From: Methanothrix sp.
GTDB lineage: Archaea; Halobacteriota; Methanosarcinia; Methanotrichales; Methanotrichaceae
DNA: 64,000 nucleotides
Reading direction: 5' to 3'
Assembly: GCA_963682135.1 (NCBI GenBank)
Contig: OY821645.1
Span: 1,920,001 to 1,984,000 of the forward strand
Shown: piece by piece, positions 38,142 to 48,085 of the stretch
How positions within the stretch are numbered: position 1 is the first letter of the stretch
Layout of the letters: each line of letters opens with the position of its first letter
Notes under the pieces: model-generated
The model's input: only the letters and a program-made list of their open reading frames with translations
What the model was told of the DNA's origin: nothing
Database searches by the model: none
Made by a program: the position numbers and the translations under genes

Positions 38142-38786
38142 CTAAATCTTATCCAGAGCCTTGACAACGTTGCCGAAGATGGTCTTGATATCGCCCACAC
38201 CGAGAACGGTGGCGACGAGCTTTCTCTTGTTGTAGTAGTCGATCAAAGGCTGAGTCTGGGCATGGTAGGCAGTCAGTCTCTCCTTGACCGTCTCTTCGGT
38301 GTCGTCTGCCCTCTGGTAGAGGTCGCCGCCGCAGGCATCGCACTTTCCTTCGACCTTGGGCTTATTGAAAGTGACATGGTAGGTGGCTCCGCACTTGCAC
38401 ATCCGCCTGCCGGTTACCCGCTTGACCAGCTCTGCATCGGGAACGTCGATGTTCAGAACGACATCGATCTTCTGGCCGAGAGCAGGAAGGATCTTATCCA
38501 GTGCCTCTGCCTGGGGCATGGTCCTGGGGAAGCCGTCCAGCATCCAGCCGCCCTTAACGTCATCCTTGGCCAGGCGATCTTTGATGATATCGATGAGAAG
38601 AGTGTCAGGAACAAGCTTGCCGGATTCCATGAACTTCTTGGCCTCAACGCCCAGAGGTGTTCCATTGCGAACGTTCTCTCGCAGAATGTCTCCGGTGGAG
38701 ACGTGCTTAACATGGTACTTGTCTACGATCATCTTGGCCTGTGTGCCCTTGCCGGATCCCGGTGGACCGATCAGAATAATATCCAT
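38142..38786 (-). CDS. adk: Adenylate kinase (bacterial type, Zn lid)
   Basis: GPPGSGKGTQA, STGDILR, LDGFPRT, CKCG..CDACG, QRADD. Confidence 0.97.
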   Translation of the reverse strand: MDIILIGPPGSGKGTQAKMIVDKYHVKHVSTGDILRENVRNGTPLGVEAKKFMESGKLVPDTLLIDIIKDRLAKDDVKGGWMLDGFPRTMPQAEALDKILPALGQKIDVVLNIDVPDAELVKRVTGRRMCKCGATYHVTFNKPKVEGKCDACGGDLYQRADDTEETVKERLTAYHAQTQPLIDYYNKRKLVATVLGVGDIKTIFGNVVKALDKI

Positions 38787-38937
38787 TCCATTTCCTCCTA
38801 AATTCCCTTGTCAGAGCAGCATTTGCCGCTTTTGAGGGTGAAAGGGGTGCCATACTTTAAAAAACCTTTTCCATGCGTCATCTGTTAAGGCGAAAATCAA
38901 TTGGGATCAGATAAGAATTGCTATTCTTCCACCGGCC

Positions 38938-39002
38938 CTTCGCGGCTTCGCGCCTTCGCGTGATGCACCTAAATCTCACGCAAAGCCGCGAAGAGCGCGA
39001 AG
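38938..39002. repeat. REP-like imperfect inverted repeat built of CGCGAAG units (half copy at 8602-8619)
   Basis: CTTCGCGGCTTCGCGCCTTCGCGTGA...TCACGCAAAGCCGCGAAGAGCGCGAAG. Confidence 0.7.
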
Positions 39003-39062
39003 CCTGCAATCATGATCAATCGGCAAGAGCAGAGATCAATTTGGTTACGACAAGAACGGCTC

Positions 39063-39695
39063 TTAACTAATTAAGGCGACAGCACTCATGAGCGCGCCAG
39101 AAAACACCGGAATGGAGAAGTTGTCGTCCAGACTCTTGTTTCCGATGGTAATAGCCACTCCGTCAGCAAAGGTCGCCGCCGCCGCTCCCGCCAGGTAAAC
39201 GGGAAAAGAGAGCCCGGAAAAGCCGGAGGCGAGGTAGCCGATTAAGAGGCAGGCCAGGAACATGGCGGCCACCACTGGCATGGGCTTGATGCGCCCTCTC
39301 CCTGCGGGGGCGGGCGAGCCTCGCACATCACAGTTCTTCAATATGGAGCCGGCAAGACCGCTCACGGTGTCTCCCAGGGAGAGAAAGAGCATGGCGGTTA
39401 TGGCGATGCCGGACGGGAAGAGCAGCACGCAGAGGAGGCTGCCCACCATGTAGTAGATGTAGCCGGCAACCTTGGTCTCCTCGTGATCACGAACCTCAGG
39501 CAGACGGATCTTTCCCCGGAGCCGCGCCGTCTCCAGCAGCAGGGAGGCTGCAAAGACGAGAGCAATAGCTGTTGCCGTTACCATTCGGCCTAAAAAGATA
39601 AGGCCCAGGGGCACGGAAAGGCCGGTGAGGTGAATGGCCTTTCTGCGAACCTCTTTAACCAGCATGGTCCGCCACTGCAAGGCCATTTCAGGCAC
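39063..39695 (-). CDS. Dolichol/phytol kinase-like membrane protein (SEC59/VTE5 family)
   Basis: EVRRKAIHL, LSLGDTVSGLAG, LDDNFSIP; multiple TM helices. Confidence 0.85.
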   Translation of the reverse strand: MPEMALQWRTMLVKEVRRKAIHLTGLSVPLGLIFLGRMVTATAIALVFAASLLLETARLRGKIRLPEVRDHEETKVAGYIYYMVGSLLCVLLFPSGIAITAMLFLSLGDTVSGLAGSILKNCDVRGSPAPAGRGRIKPMPVVAAMFLACLLIGYLASGFSGLSFPVYLAGAAAATFADGVAITIGNKSLDDNFSIPVFSGALMSAVALIS

Positions 39696-39710
39696 GATAT
39701 ATCTCCCTGA

Positions 39711-41465
39711 TTACTCCTTCTTTCCTGGCGTAACCTGGTCGCCGGCATCCTGGAACTTAAGAAGGCCGCTAAGCAATGCGCTCAGCTTATCAGCTATCTG
39801 CCAGCGCGCCACCTTGACCTGCTGCATGCTGTCGCGGTCCCGGATGGTAACCGTGCCCTGCTCGAGAGTATCATAATCTACGGTGACGTCGTATGGTGTG
39901 CCGATCTCATCGTTGCGCCGGTACCTGCGCCCGATCGATCCGGATGTATCATAGTCCACCCGCATGCCGCGCCCCCGCAGCTCCTGCAAGATAGCCCTGG
40001 CCGGATCGGCCAGCTCCTTTCGGTCCATCAAAGGCAAGACAGCCACCTCGATGGGGGCCACCGCCGGCTTGAACCTGAGCACGGCGCGCGTCTCGCCGTC
40101 CACCTCGTCTGCGCAGAAGGAGTGGTCCAGCACGGTGTAAATTATCCTATCGATGCCAAAGGAGGGCTCAATGACGTGAGGTATGACCTCTTCACCTCGA
40201 ATCTCTTCCTCCACACTCTCAAAAGAGACCAGGCTTGCATCAATCTCGATCGTCTCTCCTTCAAGGGTCAAATAGATCTTATCGCCCTTGCTGGCTGCCA
40301 GCTCCTCCGCGGAAAGGGCCTTGAGGGCTTCGCCTACTGCCTTGGCCTTGGCCTTGAACCTGGGACCCAGGGCCTTGAAGTCCGGCTTGACGACCAACTT
40401 CTGGCGTTTCACAGGCTGATCGTAATGCACGAAGACTGCCAGATTGACTTTGCTGGCCTGAGCGTGCGCCACCAGGTCGTAGTCCGTTCTGTCCGCCACG
40501 CCCACAATCTCAATCCAGCCCAACCGGTCCAAAAAGACCTCTGCGTCCCAGCAGTCTGCGGCATAGTGAGCCATCTCATCGGCTTTATGCTGCCGGAAGC
40601 GCAGCTTGTCCGCAGCCACGCCCACCGCCAGGAGGAATTGATAGGTGCGGGCCACGTAGTAGGCCAGGGCCTGGTGGGCCACAATACGCCTTTGCACGGC
40701 CTCGGCAAAGGTCATCTCCTCCTCCTCGCCTTTCTCCTGAGCCGCCTGAGAGTAGAACTTCATCTTGATATCCGCGATCTCGGCAAAGCGGGGGTGGCTC
40801 TTGTCCCTCGGATCGATGAATATCTCCGCCTCGGCCTGAGTGAACTCCCGCAGCCTGATCACACCCTGGCGGGGCGAGATCTCGTTTCGGAAGGATTTGC
40901 CGATCTGCACCGCGGCAAAGGGCAGAGAATCGCGGAAGTAGCGCAGGAGCCGGGGGAAGTTGATGAACATGCCCTGCGCCGTCTCCGGTCGCAAATAGCC
41001 GGTCATCTTGTTTCCCGGACCGATCATGGTCTTGAACATGAGATTAAACTCATATACTTGAGATAGCTCTCCGCCGCACTCCGGGCAGCCTATTTCGTTG
41101 TCCTGGATGCATTTGTAGATCTCCTCGTTGCTCAGTGCATCAGGCACCTCGATGATGTGCTTGATGAGGTGATCGGCCCGGTAGACCTCTTTGCACTCCT
41201 TGCAACTGGTAAGCGGATCGGAAAAGCCGCTCAAGTGGCCGGAGGCCTGGTAGATGCCTTCCACGCCGATGGTGGGCGCCTCGATCTCTGCAAACCCTTC
41301 AGAGATGACAAAGTACTGCCGCCAGATGTCTTCAATGCGCCTCTTGAGGGGCGCGCCCAGTGGGCCGTAATCGTAAAAACCTGCTGCTCCGCCATAAAGC
41401 TCAAAGGCGGGCCAGAGAAAGCCGCGCCTCCTGGCGAGTTCGTTTACCAACTCATTCTTGTCCAT
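39711..41465 (-). CDS. glyS: Glycine--tRNA ligase (alpha2 type)
   Basis: GFYDYGPLG, YLRPETAQG, FRNEISPRQG, AHYAADCWD, HVIEPSFGIDR, anticodon-binding domain. Confidence 0.97.
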   Translation of the reverse strand: MDKNELVNELARRRGFLWPAFELYGGAAGFYDYGPLGAPLKRRIEDIWRQYFVISEGFAEIEAPTIGVEGIYQASGHLSGFSDPLTSCKECKEVYRADHLIKHIIEVPDALSNEEIYKCIQDNEIGCPECGGELSQVYEFNLMFKTMIGPGNKMTGYLRPETAQGMFINFPRLLRYFRDSLPFAAVQIGKSFRNEISPRQGVIRLREFTQAEAEIFIDPRDKSHPRFAEIADIKMKFYSQAAQEKGEEEEMTFAEAVQRRIVAHQALAYYVARTYQFLLAVGVAADKLRFRQHKADEMAHYAADCWDAEVFLDRLGWIEIVGVADRTDYDLVAHAQASKVNLAVFVHYDQPVKRQKLVVKPDFKALGPRFKAKAKAVGEALKALSAEELAASKGDKIYLTLEGETIEIDASLVSFESVEEEIRGEEVIPHVIEPSFGIDRIIYTVLDHSFCADEVDGETRAVLRFKPAVAPIEVAVLPLMDRKELADPARAILQELRGRGMRVDYDTSGSIGRRYRRNDEIGTPYDVTVDYDTLEQGTVTIRDRDSMQQVKVARWQIADKLSALLSGLLKFQDAGDQVTPGKKE

Positions 41466-41564
41466 GCCAATCCTCGCTATGATTTTAGAGAACCGGCGGT
41501 GATTTAATCTTTGTTATGGAAAAAATAGATCTCGTGAAGGCATAATTGCTGGTGAAACAGTGCC

Positions 41565-41762
41565 TCAGCCGGATGCTGAGACTGCCAGCAGCATCCCGAA
41601 GGCAATAGTAACGCTGCAAAGAAGAATTATGTCGCCATACTTGTTGTGCAACAACTCCTTCAGGCCGGATAGTATGCAGCCATCGTCTTCATATCCATCC
41701 TCTTGGTTCTCCCCCAAGACACCATTCATCCTTTGCATGTAACATACCTGGCCTTCTATCAT
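41565..41762 (-). CDS. Small hypothetical membrane protein
   Basis: 65-aa ORF with C-terminal hydrophobic helix; no family recognised. Confidence 0.35.
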   Translation of the reverse strand: MIEGQVCYMQRMNGVLGENQEDGYEDDGCILSGLKELLHNKYGDIILLCSVTIAFGMLLAVSASG

Positions 41763-41985
41763 TTAAGTAGCTATTTTTCACATTGACGTGTTATGAGGAC
41801 TTAGATACGTATCTTGGATCATATGAATGCCATATTAGATTTATGTTGGCAATAATTGAGAGAATATTTCTTAAATTATTACTAGTTAGGTAATAGCATG
41901 CGGCAATTGTTGGAGAAAGACGCACAATTTCGGTCTTTGCCTATCAAAAATGAATCATCCGGCGGGTTCATCGGCCCACCGGATC

Positions 41986-42573
41986 TCACTCAATCTTGAC
42001 CTCTTTTCCCTTTCGCTTCTCTTTCTTGTCCAGCTCCAGTGTCAGGACGCCGTTCTTATAGGAGGCTTTAGCGCTGTCTGCATCGACAGCAGAGTCGAGA
42101 TAGATCATCTTGTAGAAACTTTTATCGTCATCGGTCTTGATTTCTACACTGTCCTCGGCCACATCCAATTTTACCTTGTCCTTGTCCACGCCGGGCAGCT
42201 CCACGAAGATCCTGTACCTCTCCGTCTCATTCATGACATCAACCAGCGGTTCTCGCCCCCGGCTGGGCTCGATGCCCCGGTGAGAAGGCTTGATGTTGCC
42301 AAACTCGCTGAAGACCGGCTCCTTTCCCGGCTCTGCCGTATAGCTGAAGCCGTAGACAAAGGGGCCGTATCGCCTGGATACTCCACCAGGTGTCTCCTCC
42401 TCGCGCACGAAGGTATTGAACTCGGCAGGCATATCCTCCTCGAACCTCTTGATCATATCCTCAAATGGCCCTTTGAACCAATCATCCTCGAATCTATCCT
42501 TTTTCTCAAATGGAAAGCCCTTGGCAAAGCTCTCGAATATATCGAATATCGACGGATACTTTTTATCCCACAT
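41986..42573 (-). CDS. hsp20: Archaeal small heat shock protein Hsp20
   Basis: GPFVYGFS, EFGNIKP, REPLVDV, ELPGVDK, ASYKNGVL, C-terminal VKIE. Confidence 0.95.
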   Translation of the reverse strand: MWDKKYPSIFDIFESFAKGFPFEKKDRFEDDWFKGPFEDMIKRFEEDMPAEFNTFVREEETPGGVSRRYGPFVYGFSYTAEPGKEPVFSEFGNIKPSHRGIEPSRGREPLVDVMNETERYRIFVELPGVDKDKVKLDVAEDSVEIKTDDDKSFYKMIYLDSAVDADSAKASYKNGVLTLELDKKEKRKGKEVKIE

Positions 42574-42602
42574 TTCATGTCACCTTACGATTACTTATCT
42601 AT

Positions 42603-42637
42603 ACTAACCATACGTTAGTGATAGGATATAAATTTTT
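42603..42637 (-). promoter_or_regulatory. hsp20 promoter with HSR1-type operator CTAAC-N5-GTTAG
   Basis: ACTAAC-catac-GTTAGT at 42603-42619, just downstream (minus sense) of TATA box TTTATAT at ~42627-42633. Confidence 0.75.
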
Positions 42638-43287
42638 GCTTCAGACGATTGAACTATTCCGAAAAAATATGCTCTGAAACACAAAATGCAGGTAAAAAGA
42701 AGGTGAGAAAAAACGCTGATCCACAGCGCCCTCCTCAGAGGAACCAAGCCGCTAAATTGCAGCCGTCTCATCTCACCTGGAGCCAATGCGTGATTTATTG
42801 GCCAGGCAGCACTGGAATTTTAGCACAGCGCCCGTTTTAAGGGGACCCGATCATCGTTCGATGGGGGGCCTGGCTCCGGCCTTTTCACCACACATTCCTG
42901 CGCCGCGTTTCCCTCACATATTTGATACATGGCGATGTTGGCATTGCACCTGAAGAGGTGATTTTCGCCACTGCCGAAGACCTACGCCGAAATTTGCGTG
43001 GCGCCTTCCGACACCGGGATTCTCGATCAATCCGAGACAAAGGATGAATATATCACCCTGCTACCCGAATGATCGGTCGGACAGACTTAATCGGCCAATG
43101 AATCTTGCCTTTTGGGAACGACACGCGACAAATACCTATTTATTCATTATAGATATATCTAGTTTTCGGGACTACACAGGACTACACAGGCTGCATGGCA
43201 ACGCAAACATGGAAATCTTAAATAGGAACGAGGACGATAGAGGATAGTTGTAATAGTCAGGGCTACTGAGAGCCAGGATGTGAATTC

Positions 43288-43614
43288 ATGATAGACGGCC
43301 TAGTTCAATTTGAGGCAAATATCCAAAGCTTCAGGAGTATCAGATCGAGGGTGATCTGGCCAGACTCGGAGAGCCCCTGGATTGAAGGTGGAATAGAGGA
43401 TCTTATGGTTCATTTCACCTATGCCAGCTGGACCGCCTACAATCTGGGATGCGCTCTGTCCATGGCTCTATCCAGCAAAGAAGAGGATATTGGACGCACC
43501 ATCTCGGAGATGATGACCAGGATGATCTCCTCAATGGGTGCGATTCAATTAGCGGAAATCCGCCTCACACCTGATGCAATGGACGAGCTGAAGAGAAATC
43601 ACCTCGAACCCTGA
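43288..43614 (+). CDS. Hypothetical protein
   Basis: 108-aa ORF with plausible composition; T-rich tract after stop. Confidence 0.55.
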   Translation: MIDGLVQFEANIQSFRSIRSRVIWPDSESPWIEGGIEDLMVHFTYASWTAYNLGCALSMALSSKEEDIGRTISEMMTRMISSMGAIQLAEIRLTPDAMDELKRNHLEP

Positions 43615-43710
43615 AACACATTTTCAAATTGACTCTTTTCTTAAGGCACATAAGCCCGCTAAGACATGCGAAAAGGAGAATGATATTCAAAATCATGGTT
43701 TATTGAAAAG

Positions 43711-43783
43711 TAGCCCGGCCGGGATTCGAACCTGGGTGGGGAGGTCCAGAGCCTCCTGTGATTGACCGCTACACTACCGGGCT
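43711..43783 (-). tRNA. tRNA-Gln (CTG)
   Basis: Cloverleaf AGCCCGG acceptor, GGAGG-CTCTGGA-CCTCC anticodon arm, TTCGAAT T-loop; no encoded CCA. Confidence 0.92.
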
Positions 43784-43816
43784 TCGCCACTATCCTTGCA
43801 GCAGGTAGTTATTAAT

Positions 43817-44494
43817 CTATCGATCGACCGGCCCTTCTGCCTCAGGGCAGCTGAGGAGCACCACCTGACCGTCTTCGCCAAGCCTGCCTTCACGGGAAAG
43901 ATCCTCTTTAGTCAAGATCAGTCTCTCCTGCGGCTTTACTGACACCCTGCCTTTGAGAAAATCGTCTATCGGATCGAGCTCAAACCCTAAAGCCGGAGTT
44001 TTATAGTGCATGGGCACAGTCACCGCCGGATGCAATTGTCTCATCACCTTGTTCGCGCCGACTGCATCGATGGTATATCTTCCACCAACAGGCAAAAAGA
44101 GCAGGTCCACCGGGCCTATCGCCTTTACCTGTGCTCGACTCAGAGTATGCCCCAGATCGCCCAGGTGACAGACACGAATGCCGTCCAGCGAGAAACAGAA
44201 GATGGTGTTGGTGCCTCGCAGCTTTCCTCTTTGTGCATCATGGTATGACTCTATGCCCCGGATCTTTATTTCCCTGGATGTGTATTCGCCAGGTCCGAAG
44301 ATCACATCCGCTTCGCTTCCAGCTGCGTCGACATTGTTGTGATCCAGGTGATCGTGGCTGATAACTACAATGTCCGCCCTGGTTTCTGGCATGACGTAGC
44401 CCACCTCGCTCTCGTGAAACGGATCAAGCAGCACGAAAAGACCTTCGTTGCTCTTTAGGAAGAAGCAGGAGTGTCCCAGCCAGGTGACAATCAT
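43817..44494 (-). CDS. MBL-fold metallo-hydrolase
   Basis: WLGHSCF, SHDHLDH, HLGDLGH, PVGG, PMHY. Confidence 0.9.
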   Translation of the reverse strand: MIVTWLGHSCFFLKSNEGLFVLLDPFHESEVGYVMPETRADIVVISHDHLDHNNVDAAGSEADVIFGPGEYTSREIKIRGIESYHDAQRGKLRGTNTIFCFSLDGIRVCHLGDLGHTLSRAQVKAIGPVDLLFLPVGGRYTIDAVGANKVMRQLHPAVTVPMHYKTPALGFELDPIDDFLKGRVSVKPQERLILTKEDLSREGRLGEDGQVVLLSCPEAEGPVDR

Positions 44495-44515
44495 GGGCGC
44501 AAATAATCGCTCTGG

Positions 44516-45550
44516 CTAAAAATCCTTGTCGATTCGAGCATCGATCACGACATGAACTACACCGGGAGAGAACTTTTTGACCAGCACATGACTTAGGATC
44601 TCAGCCCGACAGCCTAATGCCGCTGCCGCCTGCGTAACATCCCTGATGGCTGCGGCGGGATACATGCTGGAGGGGATGGTCTGATGGTAATGCAGTATGC
44701 CGCCCGGCTTCAGAGCGGAAATTCCCTTTTGCAGATATTGGTCGGTTACCTGGACCATGCCCATCACCACTCTATCGGCCACGGCATCAGGAGTCACCTT
44801 CGCGCAGTCTCCTAGGACCGGCTCCACGATATCTTCCACATGGTTTTGCCGGATATTCTGGCAGAGATAATGGTAAGCGTTGGGATTCAACTCAATGGCC
44901 ATGATCTTTCTGGGACGGGAATGGACGGCCATAGGAAGGGTGAAGTAACCAATTCCGGCAAACATGTCCACGACATACTCGTCCTTGCCGAAATAGCTCA
45001 TTCTTATGCGCTCCATAAGGTTTCCAGGTGAGAACATCACCAGCTTCGCATCCAGATTGAAGACTACTCTATTTTCTTTATGCATCGTCTGGGTTTTATC
45101 GCCGACGATAACCCTTCTTACGGGTTCGCGAAAGGGTCCCGCGATTCCCTCGTCAGCCAAAACCGTGCAGCAGCGAGGATAAAAGTCTAAAAGAGCCTGG
45201 CCGATAAGGTGCTCATAAGCCCTGAGGTCAGGATGGATCTTGACTACTATTATGTCGCCCAGCAAGAACCAGCCGCGCGGAATAAGATGAGCGCATTCTT
45301 CGGGAATCTTTCCCTGCAAGGCATGGAAGAGATCCGGTGCTTTCCTGTAAAAGGCTGGCTCTTCTTGCATGACGAACTCATAACCGGAGATAGATCGGAT
45401 GACGGGAATCTCTACATGGCTTTGTCTCTTTATTATCTTGCGGCTCTTATCAAAAACGCCGAGAGAGACTACCCTTTTTAAAGACTCATCAGCATCCTTA
45501 TTATTGGCTATTACTGCCAGTCTATTTTTTGGGGGTGTAGCTCTGCTCAA
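44516..45550 (-). CDS. taw2: Trm5/TYW2-family SAM-dependent tRNA modification enzyme (Taw2-like)
   Basis: LGDIIVV, HKEN..F..D..VMFSPGN..ER, VDMFAGIGYF, ELNP, ADRVVMG. Confidence 0.8.
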   Translation of the reverse strand: MSRATPPKNRLAVIANNKDADESLKRVVSLGVFDKSRKIIKRQSHVEIPVIRSISGYEFVMQEEPAFYRKAPDLFHALQGKIPEECAHLIPRGWFLLGDIIVVKIHPDLRAYEHLIGQALLDFYPRCCTVLADEGIAGPFREPVRRVIVGDKTQTMHKENRVVFNLDAKLVMFSPGNLMERIRMSYFGKDEYVVDMFAGIGYFTLPMAVHSRPRKIMAIELNPNAYHYLCQNIRQNHVEDIVEPVLGDCAKVTPDAVADRVVMGMVQVTDQYLQKGISALKPGGILHYHQTIPSSMYPAAAIRDVTQAAAALGCRAEILSHVLVKKFSPGVVHVVIDARIDKDF

Positions 45551-46736
45551 AGCTTACCCCTTCTCGGGTCAGGTTGAACATCAAGACTGATGTCTCATTC
45601 TTGCTTGTGACAGTTGACGGCAGTCCGTGAACAATCAGGTTGGCGTCGAAGCCTTCCGGGGCATAGAAGCTGAGGCCGACGGGAATTGTTGTCCAGTTGC
45701 CCTGCAGATATATCTTCACGCTGGCGTCTCCCGTGGAGTTCATTCGGACCAGAGTATTCTCTCCATGTGAAATAGTCACAATTCCACCTCTAGCACTGAT
45801 GCTCTGGTCGATATTCTGGGGTAGAGCTATCTCCATATCATTGGCCATTCCCTCAGGGTTGGTGATATTCAAGCCAAGATAGCTTTCGTTGCTGGAATTG
45901 GAGAGATTTGCGGAATATGAGACCAGGAACGTTGGCGGTAGCGGCTCCTCTACCAGCGTTGGACCATACATGAATAGAACAGCAAAAAGTGCCAGCAATA
46001 TAGCTGCGCCAACCAATGTGATCTTTTTTGGCGGCATTGCCATCTTCTTCTTGGCCATTAGCGGCGTCTCAAGCTTTTTTGTCAGGGGTGGGACTGCCGC
46101 TGCAATTTTTGGTTCGATCTCTCTGTTGGGTACCGCATCTGACATTTCCGGTGCAGGTGAGATCTCCTCGAAAGTCTCCGGTATGTGTTGAGGATAAGAC
46201 GGTGGTTTTGCTTCTGCTAACTTATCTTCGGTCCTATCTTCAGCAATTGTGGGTGCTTCTTCTACTGCTTCAATCACTCTTGATGTTACAGGCTCGCTCT
46301 CTTCGATCGGCATAGGGCTGTCAGGGATAGGTGCCGTCTTCCTTCGCGTGGGCAGCACCACTGTCCCCTCATCGAAGTTCAGGATCAGATCGGTATAGGT
46401 CCCGGTAACATCCGCGAACCTGAGTGCCCGCGGGACCAGGTAGGAGACGCCGGATATCTTGACCTCTTCGAAGAACTCGGTATTCTTCATCAAACGATCC
46501 TTGAAGGCGTAAACCGCCCCGCTTTCCATCTTTGCGTCTATCTCGCTGAGACTTGGGAAGCGGTCCTCCTGCGCGGCCAGCTCTTTGGTGGCCACAACAT
46601 AGGCTTCGAAGAAAACACGACTCATTCTGTTGAGTCGATTGGTGTAGCGCCTATCGAAGAGAAAGGAGAAACCAACTCCATTGAGCTTCAAGCTCTCTTC
46701 TCGCGAATGCCGCCAGGCTGAGAAAGAGACGTCCAT
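45522..46736 (-). CDS. Hypothetical single-pass membrane protein
   Basis: N-terminal globular part, P/E-rich linker, TM helix ITLVGAAILLALFAVLFMYG, extracellular beta domain with N-glycosylation sequons. Confidence 0.65.
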   Translation of the reverse strand: MDVSFSAWRHSREESLKLNGVGFSFLFDRRYTNRLNRMSRVFFEAYVVATKELAAQEDRFPSLSEIDAKMESGAVYAFKDRLMKNTEFFEEVKISGVSYLVPRALRFADVTGTYTDLILNFDEGTVVLPTRRKTAPIPDSPMPIEESEPVTSRVIEAVEEAPTIAEDRTEDKLAEAKPPSYPQHIPETFEEISPAPEMSDAVPNREIEPKIAAAVPPLTKKLETPLMAKKKMAMPPKKITLVGAAILLALFAVLFMYGPTLVEEPLPPTFLVSYSANLSNSSNESYLGLNITNPEGMANDMEIALPQNIDQSISARGGIVTISHGENTLVRMNSTGDASVKIYLQGNWTTIPVGLSFYAPEGFDANLIVHGLPSTVTSKNETSVLMFNLTREGVSFEQSYTPKK

Positions 46737-46898
46737 TAGAGGATGATATCACCAAACCAAATAAGTATTTTATGTATGGAACGCAAGCGAAGGATGGGCG
46801 ATTTGACCTGAAACGAGCATCAAGGCCGCGAATAGATCTCATATCAATCTCGTATGACAGGTATCTTTAAATCTCGCAGGCTGAACAATAGGGATCTA

Positions 46899-47483
46899 AT
46901 GAAGCATTTGGGATTGGGGCACATTCTTCTGCTCATTGGGGTGGGGCTATTATTGGGACAGGCGACTGCTGAGCTTACGGCCTTTCAGAATCTGGCACCA
47001 TCATCGGCGAATGTTGGGCAGATGGTGACTGTAACCGTATCGCTTACCTACAATGGACAGACTCCCACACAGGCTGTGGTCACGCCCAGTCTTCCTTATG
47101 GAGTTGTCGCGAACGCAGGCGGCCAGAGCACAGATTTGTACCCTGGTGTCACGCAACAGATCCGTTACCCACTCACAGCACAGCAGAGCGGGTCTTACTG
47201 GATCGTTTCTGAGATCTCCTATGCAGAAGATGGTACCTGGCGCAATCTTCGACTGGAAGCGCCATTCACAGCTACGGATTCTGCTGTGACCGAGCCCCAG
47301 CAAACGCCACAAGCGCCTACACCCGGAATAGGAGAAGATGGATCAAACCCCCCCGCAATGCCACCAGACGGCGGTCTGCCTGACGGAAAGCCGCCGGGAA
47401 ATATGCAACCACCTGGCAATCAAGATGAGAATACGCCTGCACAGGGAGAAGGAGCGACAGAACCCGAGACAAATACCACGTGA
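46899..47483 (+). CDS. Secreted Ig-like protein with Pro-rich tail
   Basis: Signal peptide from MKHLGLG; VGQMVTVTVSL beta-sandwich; P/G/Q-rich C-terminus. Confidence 0.65.
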   Translation: MKHLGLGHILLLIGVGLLLGQATAELTAFQNLAPSSANVGQMVTVTVSLTYNGQTPTQAVVTPSLPYGVVANAGGQSTDLYPGVTQQIRYPLTAQQSGSYWIVSEISYAEDGTWRNLRLEAPFTATDSAVTEPQQTPQAPTPGIGEDGSNPPAMPPDGGLPDGKPPGNMQPPGNQDENTPAQGEGATEPETNTT

Positions 47484-47515
47484 GGTTTGTCTTTTTCCTA
47501 AAAAAGTTGGTTCTT

Positions 47516-48082
47516 TTATTTGTTTCCAGTTGTTTTATATTTACCAATATCCAGATCGTCGCGAGTAAAAAGCGCTTGCAGAATTAATCCTCGTGCTTCT
47601 ATGGCCTCTCTACCACCCTCCTGGCGGTCCAGTATGGTAAGTGCTTGCACTGGCTGATAACCTGCGGCCTTTATGCGGTCGATGGCTCTAATAAGAGATG
47701 CTCCCGAGGTGACCACGTCCTCCACCACCGCGACCATTGCACCTTCTTGCAGAGCCGGACCCTCCACATAGCTCATGGTTCCATGCTTCTTGGGCTCTTT
47801 TCGCACAATCAGGCCCGATAAGCCTCTCTTTTGAATATGGCTTAGAACCGAGATGGAGGATACAATGGGGTCCGCACCCAGGGTAAGACCGGCCACCGCA
47901 GAGACCTTTGGCCCGATCATCTCCAGCATGAGATGGCCGGTAAGGTAGGCCCCCTCCGGGCTTAAGGTTACGCGCTTGCAGTCCATATAATAATCGCTGA
48001 TTTTACCAGAGGACAGGGTAACCGGCCTCACCTCAAGGGACTTGTCCTTGAGCAACTCCAAGAGCCTCTCTTTATCATTCAC
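47516..48082 (-). CDS. pyrE: Orotate phosphoribosyltransferase
   Basis: LSSGKISDYY, GLTLGADP, VRKEPKKHG, VVEDVVTSGAS. Confidence 0.96.
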   Translation of the reverse strand: MNDKERLLELLKDKSLEVRPVTLSSGKISDYYMDCKRVTLSPEGAYLTGHLMLEMIGPKVSAVAGLTLGADPIVSSISVLSHIQKRGLSGLIVRKEPKKHGTMSYVEGPALQEGAMVAVVEDVVTSGASLIRAIDRIKAAGYQPVQALTILDRQEGGREAIEARGLILQALFTRDDLDIGKYKTTGNK

Positions 48083-48085
48083 TCT

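Noticed and set aside
40122-41066. Long antisense ORFs over glyS (likewise over lysS 49918-50886 and trpB 62868-63707)
   Set aside because: Typical reverse-frame shadows of GC3-rich genes
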